The notes under the pieces: generated by a model
What the model saw: the letters and a program-made list of their open reading frames with translations, nothing else
Database searches by the model: none
What the model was told of the DNA's origin: nothing
Program-made: the position numbers and the translations under genes
Assembly: GCA_902766965.1 (NCBI GenBank)
Contig: CACXFJ010000033.1
Coordinates: 2,589-66,588, forward strand
Length of the DNA stretch: 64,000 nt
DNA from: an uncultured Eubacteriales bacterium
GTDB lineage: Bacteria > Bacillota > Clostridia > Christensenellales > DTU072
Direction: 5' to 3'
Shown here: piece by piece, positions 56,922-64,000 of the stretch
How positions within the stretch are numbered: position 1 is the stretch's first letter
Layout of the letters: each line of letters starts with the position of its first letter

Positions 56922-58175
56922 TTAATTAAAATCGTCGAGAATATCGAACGTGGCGAAGTAATCGGCTACCGTTTCCGCGCGGCGGATAAGTCGGAAAGAG
57001 CCGTCTTTACTTAATAGAATTTCCGCGCTGCGAAGTTTTCCGTTGTAGTTATATCCCATCGAAAAACCGTGCGCCCCGGCGTCGTGGATAGCTAAAATAT
57101 CTCCGATATCGAGTTCGGGCAAGGTTCTGTCCACGGCGAACTTATCGCTGTTTTCGCAGAGTGACCCCACTACGTCGTAAACGTGGTCGCAAGGGCTGTC
57201 TTCTTTTCCCAAAACGGTAATATGGTGGTACGCGCCGTATATAGCGGGACGCATAAGGTTGGCGGCGCAGGCGTCCACTCCGGCGTACTCTTTATAGGTA
57301 TGTTTGAAGTGGATTACCGTGGTAATAAGGTGTCCGTAAGGAGCGAGCATATATCTGCCCAACTCGGTAAAGATTTTTATTCCGTCGATACCTTTTTCGG
57401 TAAACTCTTCTTCGTAGGCTTTTTTTACGCCGTTCGCTATTACGAAAATATCGTTTTTTTCTCGGTCGGGCAGATAGGGAATACCTATTCCGCCGCTTAA
57501 ATTGACGAAAGAAAACTTGGCTCCCGTTTCGTCGAGAAGTTCTTTCACCGTGCGAAAAAGTATTCTCGCAAGTTCGGGGTAATATTCGTTACCTAAGGTG
57601 TTGCTCGCGAGAAAAGCGTGAATACCGAATTCCTTTACCCCCTCGGAAAGAAGAATTTTCACCGCTTCGGTAAGTTGCCGACGGGTAAGACCGTATTTCG
57701 CGTCGGCAGGGTTGCCCATAATCTTATTGCCGATTTTGAAGTCGCCGCCGGGGTTAAAGCGAAGACAGATTTTTCCGGGGATACCGGCGTATTTTTTAAG
57801 GAAAGGTATATGGGTTATGTCGTCGAGATTTATTATGGCGTTGAGTTTTCTTGCGTAGACGAACTCTTCCGCCGCCGTTTCGTTGCTCGAAAACATAATT
57901 TCGTCGCCGTAAAAACCGCATTTTTCCGCCATTATAAGTTCGGTAAGGGAAGAACAGTCCACGCCGCAACCGTGTTTTTTGAGAAGTTTCAGAATTTCCG
58001 GGTTCGGAGTGGCTTTTACCGCAAAATATTCCTTGAACCCTTTATTCCACGAAAAGGCGGAATACAGTTCGTCGGCGTTTTTTTCTATGCCGTCCTCGTC
58101 GTAAACGTGGAAAGGCGTGGGGTAAATTCTCTTAATTTCTTCGGCTTTTTCTTTGGTTATAAACGGTCGTTTCAT
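56922..58175 (-). CDS. lysA: PLP-dependent Orn/DAP/Arg decarboxylase (group IV), probably diaminopimelate decarboxylase
   Basis: PLP-lysine context EYFAVKATPNPEILKLLKKHGCGVDCSSLTEL. GGGIGIPY glycine loop and CENSD active-site Cys. ATG 58175 follows GGAGA; the TTG at 58190 was rejected. The substrate cannot be fixed from sequence alone. Confidence 0.65.
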   Translation of the reverse strand: MKRPFITKEKAEEIKRIYPTPFHVYDEDGIEKNADELYSAFSWNKGFKEYFAVKATPNPEILKLLKKHGCGVDCSSLTELIMAEKCGFYGDEIMFSSNETAAEEFVYARKLNAIINLDDITHIPFLKKYAGIPGKICLRFNPGGDFKIGNKIMGNPADAKYGLTRRQLTEAVKILLSEGVKEFGIHAFLASNTLGNEYYPELARILFRTVKELLDETGAKFSFVNLSGGIGIPYLPDREKNDIFVIANGVKKAYEEEFTEKGIDGIKIFTELGRYMLAPYGHLITTVIHFKHTYKEYAGVDACAANLMRPAIYGAYHHITVLGKEDSPCDHVYDVVGSLCENSDKFAVDRTLPELDIGDILAIHDAGAHGFSMGYNYNGKLRSAEILLSKDGSFRLIRRAETVADYFATFDILDDFN

Positions 58176-58228
58176 TCGGTTCTCCTGCAAAGTCGTTTCT
58201 TTCGGCTTTTTGCCGATTGCTTAATCGT

Positions 58229-58258
58229 ATTATATATTGCGGAAAAGTTTTTAGTCAA
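58229..58258 (-). promoter_or_regulatory. Sigma-A promoter of the decarboxylase gene (minus strand)
   Basis: On the minus strand: TTGACT, 18-nt spacer, TATAAT. Confidence 0.5.
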
Positions 58259-58292
58259 GGATAAAGCCCGCCAAAGGCGGTAAATAGAAAGG

Positions 58293-58483
58293 AAAAGGGG
58301 GAGCGTCCCATGGACGTTGCTTCACGCCGCAAAAAACGGGGAAGATAATTTTAACAAAACTATATAGTCTCAAACGACGATAAAAAGCGGATATAAATTA
58401 TAGTTTTTTGCAGCTTTCACGAAAACTTCACCTACCGTACTTAGTACGCCTACGTCTCGTTTTCGCAAAAAATCAACGCACCT
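58293..58483 (+). repeat. Interspersed intergenic element, copy B (longest copy)
   Basis: Shares GGGAGCGTCC...CGCAAAAAAC and the 34-nt block 58450-58483 with copy A. Positions 58293-58432 are the inverted counterpart of 61611-61750. Confidence 0.75.
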
Positions 58484-58568
58484 GAGCCACTCCTACGTAG
58501 CAGACGGGAAGGATAGTTTCGACAAAGTTTTCGCGGCGTAAAAAATTAAACGGAGTTTCGTCCGTTCG

Positions 58569-58600
58569 TTGACAACAATTTTCGGGTATGCTAATATAAT
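58569..58600 (+). promoter_or_regulatory. Sigma-A promoter of the riboswitch-ATPase transcript
   Basis: TTGACA (58569-58574), 17-nt spacer, TAATAT. TATAAT lies 3 nt further downstream. A TG precedes the -10. Confidence 0.65.
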
Positions 58601-58604
58601 GGCG

Positions 58605-58708
58605 TTGAGGGAGTAGTTTGCGCCCGTAACAAGGCGTGGTAAGTCAACATCCTGATTGGCGTCGGCGACGAAAGGCTAATCTGGCTTATCTTTGTAGACA
58701 AGACTCAA
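58605..58708 (+). promoter_or_regulatory. yybP-ykoY family (Mn2+-sensing) riboswitch aptamer
   Basis: P1 is UUGAG (58605-58609) paired with CUCAA (58704-58708). Conserved blocks GGAGUAG (L1), GUCAACAU (L3) and UAGACAAGAC at the 3' side. Internal helices GCGCC/GGCGU and CCUGAUUGGC/GGCUAAUCUGG. The 3' strand of P1 overlaps the terminator stem. Confidence 0.75.
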
Positions 58709-58746
58709 TGCAATTCGTAACGGTTTTGCATTGAGTCTTTTTTATT
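58701..58746 (+). terminator. Riboswitch expression-platform terminator
   Basis: Perfect 12-bp stem AGACTCAATGCA / TGCATTGAGTCT, followed by TTTTTTATTT, 64 nt before the ATPase start. Confidence 0.85.
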
Positions 58747-58809
58747 TATAACGAAACCTTATTAAGGAAAATTATTCCCGAAAGGGGAACAATAAATAAC
58801 GGAGGTATC

Positions 58810-61485
58810 ATGGAAGAAAAGTGGTTTTCCGATTCTATAGAATCGGTCAAAGCAAAACTTAACGTGCCGGACGGCGGAATTACCGTGGAAGAAGCGGAAA
58901 AAAGGCTCGCCGAGTACGGGAAGAACCAACTTGCCGAAAAGAAGAAAAGGAACGTAATTTTACGGTTTCTCGATCAATTTAAGGACGTAATGGTAATTAT
59001 CCTTCTATGCGCGGCGGCGGTTACTACGATAGTGGCTCTCGTGGAGAAGAGTTACAGCGAGTTCATCGACGTAGGAATAATTTTGGCTATCGTTATTATA
59101 AACGCCATAATAGGCGTCGTGCAGGAATCGAAAGCCGAGCAAGCGCTGGAAGCGTTAAAGAATATGAGTAAACCGTTCGCTAAAGTAAGACGCGGCGGAG
59201 AAATCATGAAGGTGGAAAGCTCTTCGCTCGTACCGGGAGATACGGTAATACTCGAAGCCGGCGACGTAATACCTGCGGACTTGCGACTTACCGACAGCCG
59301 TTCGCTTAAAATAGAAGAATCCGCTTTGACGGGAGAGTCGTTGCCGAGCGAAAAGGACGCGTTTTGTCTTTGCAAAGAGGACGCGGGAATAGGCGACAGG
59401 AAGAATATGGCTTTCTCGACGTCGGTCGTTACTTACGGCAGGGGCGAAGGCGTGGTAATCGGCACGGGAATGAATACAGAAATGGGCAAAATCGCCGATA
59501 TGCTTTCCGAAAGCGAAGAAGAACTCACCCCCATACAGAAAAAACTCAACAAAACGGGCAAATTTATTTCCTTGGCGGTAGTCGTTATCGCGGCGGTTAT
59601 ATTCGTTGTTACCGTACTTTCGAGTATCCCCTCGATGAAAAATGACAATTCCCTTATTGCCGACACAATTATAGAAGCCTTCATGACGGCGGTAGCTATC
59701 GCGGTAGCGGCTATTCCCGAAGGTCTTACCGCGGTAATTACGATAATAATGGCTATCGGCGTGCAGAGAATGAGTAAACGCAACGCAATAATTAAAAAAC
59801 TCCCCGCCGTGGAAACCCTCGGTTCGACCGAAATAATATGTTCGGACAAGACGGGAACGCTCACCCTTAACAAGATGACGGTAAAGAAGACCTATTCCTT
59901 GGGCGAAGCGGGCGAAAAACGCTTGCTCGAATGTATGACTCTCTGTAACGATACCGTGCTTAAACGCGACGGCGATAAGGAAATGCTCATGGGCGACCCG
60001 ACGGAAACCGCCCTCGTCGCTTACTACAACCTTACCGGAGACAGCGAAGAATTGAAAAAACTCAATCCGAGAGTGGACGAAGTGCCTTTCGACAGCGATA
60101 GAAAACTTATGACCACCGTAAACGCAACGCCCGACGGGCGGATAGTCTACACTAAAGGCGCGCCCGATATGCTGATAGAAAAGTGTTCTTATATTCTCGA
60201 CGGCGACAAGGTAAGAGAACTTACCGCGGAAGATAAGAGAGTAATCGCCGAAAAGAATTCTTATTTTGCTTCCGACGCGTTGAGGGTGCTTGCGTACGCG
60301 TACAAAGTCGACGACGGAACGGAGTATGAAAGCAATCTTATCTTTATAGGACTTACGGGTATGATTGACCCGCCGAGAGAAGAAGTCAAAGCAGCCGTCG
60401 CAGTCTGCAGAAAAGCGGGAATAACCCCCGTAATGATAACGGGCGACCACAGGGATACCGCTTACGCCATTGCGAAAGAACTCGATATTTGCAACGACGA
60501 ATCGCAGGTGATTACCGGGGCGGAACTCAATAATATAAGCGACGAAGAACTCGCTAAAAACGTAGATAAGTACAGAGTTTACGCAAGGGTAAGCCCCGAA
60601 CATAAAGTAAAAATAGTCAAGGCGTGGAAGTCTCGCGGTAAGATAGTGGCGATGACGGGCGACGGAGTAAACGACGCTCCGAGTATAAAAGCCGCCGATA
60701 TAGGCGTGGGTATGGGTATCACCGGTACCGACGTAACCAAGGGCGCGGCGGATATGGTTCTTGCCGACGACAATTTCGCGACGATAGTCGAAGCGGTTAA
60801 AGAAGGGCGTAAGATTTTCGACAATATGCAAAAGACGATACAGTTCTTGCTGAGCGCGAATATCTGCGAAGTCCTTTGCCTGTTTATAGTTACCGTTCTG
60901 TTCTCTATTTTAGGTCAGGGCGCGGCGGATTCCTTCCTTTATCCTATACAGATACTGTGGGTAAATCTCGTCACCGACAGCTTGCCCGCGCTTGCTCTCG
61001 GAATGGAAGAAGGCAACGACGACATTATGAACAACCCGCCGAGAAAATCCGACGACAACCTTTTTGCCGGACATCTCGGAATAAACATCGTTTATCAAGG
61101 CGTATTGCAGACGATAGTCGTTCTTACCGTGTTCCTCGGAGCGCAGTTCGGCGGATGGGGACACGAAGTCGCCGCTTCGATGGCGTTTATTACCTTGTGT
61201 CTTATTCAGCTCTTCCATTGTTTCAACTCGAAATCCCTTACGGGAACCATTTTCCACAAAGATATATTCAAGAATAAGTTTATGTTGCTTGCGTTCGGAG
61301 TAGGTTGCGTGCTGACGGTAGGCGTAGCGTTAATTCCCGGACTTAACACTATATTCCACGTGGTAGACCTGAACTTGGTACAGTGGCTCGTAGCCGTATT
61401 TGCGGCGGCGACGATTATTCCGCTCGTCGAAGCAGGGAAAGCGATAGCAAGATACGTTCATAACAAGAACCTTGCGGCAAAATAA
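58810..61485 (+). CDS. P-type (P2-like, Ca2+/Mn2+-transporting) ATPase; predicted Mn2+ efflux pump given the riboswitch
   Basis: ICSDKTGTLT phosphorylation site, TGES actuator motif, TGDHRDTA, MTGDGVNDAPSIK hinge, 10 TM helices. GGAGG RBS. Confidence 0.9.
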   Translation: MEEKWFSDSIESVKAKLNVPDGGITVEEAEKRLAEYGKNQLAEKKKRNVILRFLDQFKDVMVIILLCAAAVTTIVALVEKSYSEFIDVGIILAIVIINAIIGVVQESKAEQALEALKNMSKPFAKVRRGGEIMKVESSSLVPGDTVILEAGDVIPADLRLTDSRSLKIEESALTGESLPSEKDAFCLCKEDAGIGDRKNMAFSTSVVTYGRGEGVVIGTGMNTEMGKIADMLSESEEELTPIQKKLNKTGKFISLAVVVIAAVIFVVTVLSSIPSMKNDNSLIADTIIEAFMTAVAIAVAAIPEGLTAVITIIMAIGVQRMSKRNAIIKKLPAVETLGSTEIICSDKTGTLTLNKMTVKKTYSLGEAGEKRLLECMTLCNDTVLKRDGDKEMLMGDPTETALVAYYNLTGDSEELKKLNPRVDEVPFDSDRKLMTTVNATPDGRIVYTKGAPDMLIEKCSYILDGDKVRELTAEDKRVIAEKNSYFASDALRVLAYAYKVDDGTEYESNLIFIGLTGMIDPPREEVKAAVAVCRKAGITPVMITGDHRDTAYAIAKELDICNDESQVITGAELNNISDEELAKNVDKYRVYARVSPEHKVKIVKAWKSRGKIVAMTGDGVNDAPSIKAADIGVGMGITGTDVTKGAADMVLADDNFATIVEAVKEGRKIFDNMQKTIQFLLSANICEVLCLFIVTVLFSILGQGAADSFLYPIQILWVNLVTDSLPALALGMEEGNDDIMNNPPRKSDDNLFAGHLGINIVYQGVLQTIVVLTVFLGAQFGGWGHEVAASMAFITLCLIQLFHCFNSKSLTGTIFHKDIFKNKFMLLAFGVGCVLTVGVALIPGLNTIFHVVDLNLVQWLVAVFAAATIIPLVEAGKAIARYVHNKNLAAK

Positions 61486-61526
61486 AAATAGTTTGCGGCT
61501 ATTTGCGGTAAAACGTAACGAAAAAG

Positions 61527-61554
61527 GGTTTCGGCTTCGGTCGGAACCTTTTTT
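61527..61554 (+). terminator. Rho-independent terminator of the ATPase gene
   Basis: 9-bp stem GGTTTCGGC / GTCGGAACC (two G-U pairs), UUCG loop, T6. Confidence 0.75.
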
Positions 61555-61568
61555 GTCACGAGAATCGA

Positions 61569-61597
61569 TATTGACCTATAAAGACTTTTGTTATATT
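61569..61597 (+). repeat. 29-nt direct repeat, copy 1 (promoter-like TTGACC...TGTTATATT)
   Basis: TATTGACCTATAAAGACTTTTGTTATATT matches 61759-61787 at 27 of 29 nt. Confidence 0.8.
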
Positions 61598-61610
61598 CGA
61601 GTACGATAGA

Positions 61611-61750
61611 CGACGCTTTCGCGAAAGCCGTAAAAAACTATAATATCTTCTATCCGCTTTTTGTTTAATCTACGGAAATTTAGATTTGAAGACTTGTACG
61701 CGTTCGTTTTTTACGGCGTAAAGAAATGTGATTCGGACGCTCCGAGGTAA
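61611..61750 (-). repeat. Interspersed intergenic element, copy D (inverted relative to A and B)
   Basis: The blocks CTTTCGCGAAAGCCGTAAAAAACTATAAT...TATCCGCTTTTT and CGTTTTTTACGGCGTAAAG...GGACGCTCC align with the reverse complement of 58293-58432. Confidence 0.7.
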
Positions 61751-61758
61751 AATGTGGT

Positions 61759-61787
61759 TATTGACCTACAAGGACTTTTGTTATATT
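61759..61787 (+). promoter_or_regulatory. 29-nt direct repeat, copy 2; probable promoter of giant gene 3
   Basis: TTGACC, 15-nt spacer, TATATT, with a TG extended -10, 38 nt upstream of the start codon. Confidence 0.5.
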
Positions 61788-61824
61788 ATTAAAATGTAAA
61801 AATATATAAAAATACGGAGACGAT

Positions 61825-64000
61825 ATGACCTTAAAGCGATATACGAAAATTTTTATTTTTGCGGCGATACTTATTCTTGCGGCGGTACTTACGATACCGT
61901 TCGCTTCGGCTAAGGCGGAGGCGGCAGGTTGGGACGGAACGGCGTCGGCGATTCTTTCGGGCGACGGCACGGAAATCAATCCGTATATCGTAAATTCGGC
62001 GGGAGATTTAGCTTATCTTGCCGCAGAAGCGAACGGCGGTAACGATTTCTCGGGCAAAATCATATCGGTTTCCGCAGCCGAAATCGATTTTAACAATATT
62101 CCGTTTAGTTCGATAGGATACGCGAACGACAGTTCCGAAACTCTCGATCTGAAACCCTTTAACGGCACGTTTAACGGAAACGGAGTCGTAATAAAGAATT
62201 TATCGGTGGCGGTGAACGAAGAGGAAGGTTTGCCGTATTATCACGGGCTTTTCGGATATATAGGGCAAACGGGGAAAGTGTCGGGCGTAAATTTGAACAC
62301 GGCGACCGCCGTCGTGACGGGAAACCCGTCTCCCGACGTGACGAAGCAATACTACTTCGGCGGAATAGCCGGCATAAACGAAGGACGAATATCGTCGTGC
62401 AGCGTAAAAAACGTTACCGTCAATAACTTTTATTACGCGGGCGGAATTTGCGGCAGTAATAACCTCTGCGACGACGAGACTTCTTTCGGCACGATTACGG
62501 AATGTTCCGTTTCGGACGTTACCGCGACGGGTTGCGAAAGATTTGCGGGCGTGGCGGCGGAGAATTACGGAAAGGCGGAAAAATGTTCTGCGTCGGGAAG
62601 ATTCGTTTCCGACAAAGGTTCTTTCGGCGGAATAGTGGTAAATAACGCCGCTTCGGGGGAAGTAATTTATTCTCGCTTTTCGGGAGAGACCGACGGTCTG
62701 ACGGCGGAAGATATAGGCGGAATAACCTGCGGAAACGATGGAAAAATCACCGCTTCTTACGTTAAGTCCGCATTTACCGCAAGCGGAACCGTCGGAGGTA
62801 TTTCGGCTAACAATTCGGGCGAGATAACGTCCTGCTACTTTTACGGAGCGGTGAGCGGAGAGGTGGCAGGGGGCGTAACCGCTCGGAACAACGGTAAAAT
62901 AACCGACTGCGCGGCGGTGGGTAACGGTGAATTCGTCGCGACTTACGCCGCGGGCGGCGTTTCCGCAGAAAATTCCGGCACGATAAAGAACGTATTCGTA
63001 AGCGCGAACGTAGCTTCCGATAGGAATGCGACTATAATAAACGAAAGCACGGTCAACGGGTATTACGACAAGGCGGGATACGCGGAGATTACGAGCGGCA
63101 ACGGGTTTTCCGTCAACGATTTTACCTCGGTTGAGTTGGGAACCGGTTTTGAAAAAACAGACGGACGTTTCCCGTTAATTAAGGCGATTAAAGATTATTC
63201 GGAAGACTTTTTGAACGATATGAAAGAAGCCTTTTCGATTACGCAGGTAGTAAAAGTGACGATAGGCGGCGAAGAGCTTTACCAAAGGTTCGGATTAAAA
63301 ACCGATTTGCCGACGCCGTCGAAAGTCGGATATACCTTTAACGGCTGGTCGGACGGCACTAATCTCTATAACGGAAAGAACGATTTTAATTCCGACATAG
63401 TCCTTACCGCGGTCTTTAAGCTCGACGCGATAGAATTTTTGTCCGTAAGCGGCGGCGTCGCTAAAATTTACGACGGCGTTCCTCATACCGTCACGGCGAA
63501 ATTCAATTTTCCGCTTGCGTTAAGTTACGAATGGTTCCGTTCGGAAAGCGGCGAGGAAGGAACCTTCGTAAAAGTCGATAAACCGACGGGGAACGAAATC
63601 TCGTTAAAGAACGTTCCCGAGTCGGGCGTATACTATTGCCGAGCTTATTTAACCGACGGAGAGGACCTGACCGAAGCGGAATCGACTAAGGTAATAATAT
63701 CTATCTTAAAGGCTGCTTACGACGGAATAACCTATCCTTACGATAGCGGCGCCGCGATAGACGGGGGCAAGTATTCCGGAAAAACTTTGTCGAAATACCC
63801 TTTATCCGACGGCTTTTTCTGGTACGACGGTTCGGTCGTGCCTACCGTGGATAAGACGGGTTATGCGGCGTATTACAACGCCGACCCGAACAACTATAAT
63901 GGTTTCGCGTTGACCGTAAATCTTACGTTGCAAAAAGGCGATTACAGCGGTATTACTTACGATTACGGCGAAAATAATTATATTTACGGCGGCAAATACG
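61825..64000 (+). CDS. Third giant secreted/surface protein (N-terminal 725+ aa; continues past the window): GLUG-like repeats plus InlB-B repeat(s)
   Basis: Read by eye with no stop in frame from ATG 61825 (GGAGA RBS) to the window end. Sec signal MTLKRYTKIFIFAAILILAAVLTIPFASA|KAEA. Repeated GG(I/V)xxxN.G.I..C/S modules. KVGYTFNGWSDG B-repeat near 63330. Confidence 0.85.
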   Translation, partial: MTLKRYTKIFIFAAILILAAVLTIPFASAKAEAAGWDGTASAILSGDGTEINPYIVNSAGDLAYLAAEANGGNDFSGKIISVSAAEIDFNNIPFSSIGYANDSSETLDLKPFNGTFNGNGVVIKNLSVAVNEEEGLPYYHGLFGYIGQTGKVSGVNLNTATAVVTGNPSPDVTKQYYFGGIAGINEGRISSCSVKNVTVNNFYYAGGICGSNNLCDDETSFGTITECSVSDVTATGCERFAGVAAENYGKAEKCSASGRFVSDKGSFGGIVVNNAASGEVIYSRFSGETDGLTAEDIGGITCGNDGKITASYVKSAFTASGTVGGISANNSGEITSCYFYGAVSGEVAGGVTARNNGKITDCAAVGNGEFVATYAAGGVSAENSGTIKNVFVSANVASDRNATIINESTVNGYYDKAGYAEITSGNGFSVNDFTSVELGTGFEKTDGRFPLIKAIKDYSEDFLNDMKEAFSITQVVKVTIGGEELYQRFGLKTDLPTPSKVGYTFNGWSDGTNLYNGKNDFNSDIVLTAVFKLDAIEFLSVSGGVAKIYDGVPHTVTAKFNFPLALSYEWFRSESGEEGTFVKVDKPTGNEISLKNVPESGVYYCRAYLTDGEDLTEAESTKVIISILKAAYDGITYPYDSGAAIDGGKYSGKTLSKYPLSDGFFWYDGSVVPTVDKTGYAAYYNADPNNYNGFALTVNLTLQKGDYSGITYDYGENNYIYGGKY

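Noticed and set aside
58176-58292. A lysine (L-box) riboswitch upstream of the LysA-like gene.
   Set aside because: The predicted promoter leaves only a ~50-nt leader, which has no conserved L-box helices.
58569-58746. The leader of the P-type ATPase as an M-box (Mg2+) riboswitch or a T-box.
   Set aside because: It is too short for an M-box and lacks its conserved blocks. The GGAGUAG / GUCAACAU / UAGACAAGAC blocks and the four-helix layout fit yybP-ykoY instead. There is no specifier or T-box sequence.
59155-60831. 558-aa ORF antisense to the P-type ATPase gene. Similar long antisense ORFs occur elsewhere (21303-22232, 34261-35106, 12448-13122, 32074-32778, 57618-58283, 54244-54864, 197-898).
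   Set aside because: Each lies entirely inside a gene with strong family motifs on the other strand. None has an RBS, and all translate to low-complexity R/F/V/Y-rich sequence. They look like a by-product of the codon and CG-rich composition, which depletes stop codons on the antisense frame.

Overview
The window looks like a chromosomal segment of a spore-forming Firmicutes (Clostridia-like) bacterium. This assignment rests on the spoVT / spoVB(yabM)-like / mazG synteny, lipobox lipoproteins, GGAGG ribosome-binding sites and sigma-A type promoters. Most of it is ordinary + strand housekeeping. In order: an ispE-like 3' end, a glgB-C-D-A-P glycogen operon plus a GH13 enzyme, a YcxB-like membrane protein, an XRE/cupin regulator with potABCD, and an Eda-VOC fusion. 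Then come a PAP2 / acyl-CoA ligase / YhhN lipid cluster, ppa, a short comEC, spoVT-spoVB-mazG-dusB, serC-serA, an ABC-2 exporter, guaB, minDE, a LysA-like decarboxylase, and a yybP-ykoY (Mn2+) riboswitch in front of a P-type ATPase. Four things are unusual. (1) Three giant surface-protein genes (2,948 aa, 2,705 aa and more than 725 aa) take up about 30% of the window. They are built from InlB-B-type repeats, GLUG-like modules and BspA-type LRRs. One is divergent from a 7TMR-DISM histidine kinase / REC-SARP regulator pair. (2) An AT-rich, CG-poor 1.7-kb cassette encodes an AAA+/DUF4143 ATPase with a PD-(D/E)xK-like tail. It sits between two convergent operons and is bracketed by perfect 29-30-bp inverted repeats. 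(3) Those repeats belong to two tandem arrays of short, heterogeneous hairpins joined by a conserved 7-nt linker. (4) A modular interspersed intergenic element has 3 clear copies. Two of them flank the riboswitch-ATPase locus in inverted orientation, and one is bounded by a 29-nt direct duplication of a promoter. I recognised no rRNA, tRNA, CRISPR array, transposase, integrase or phage gene. All calls come from reading the sequence and translations by eye; no database search was possible.
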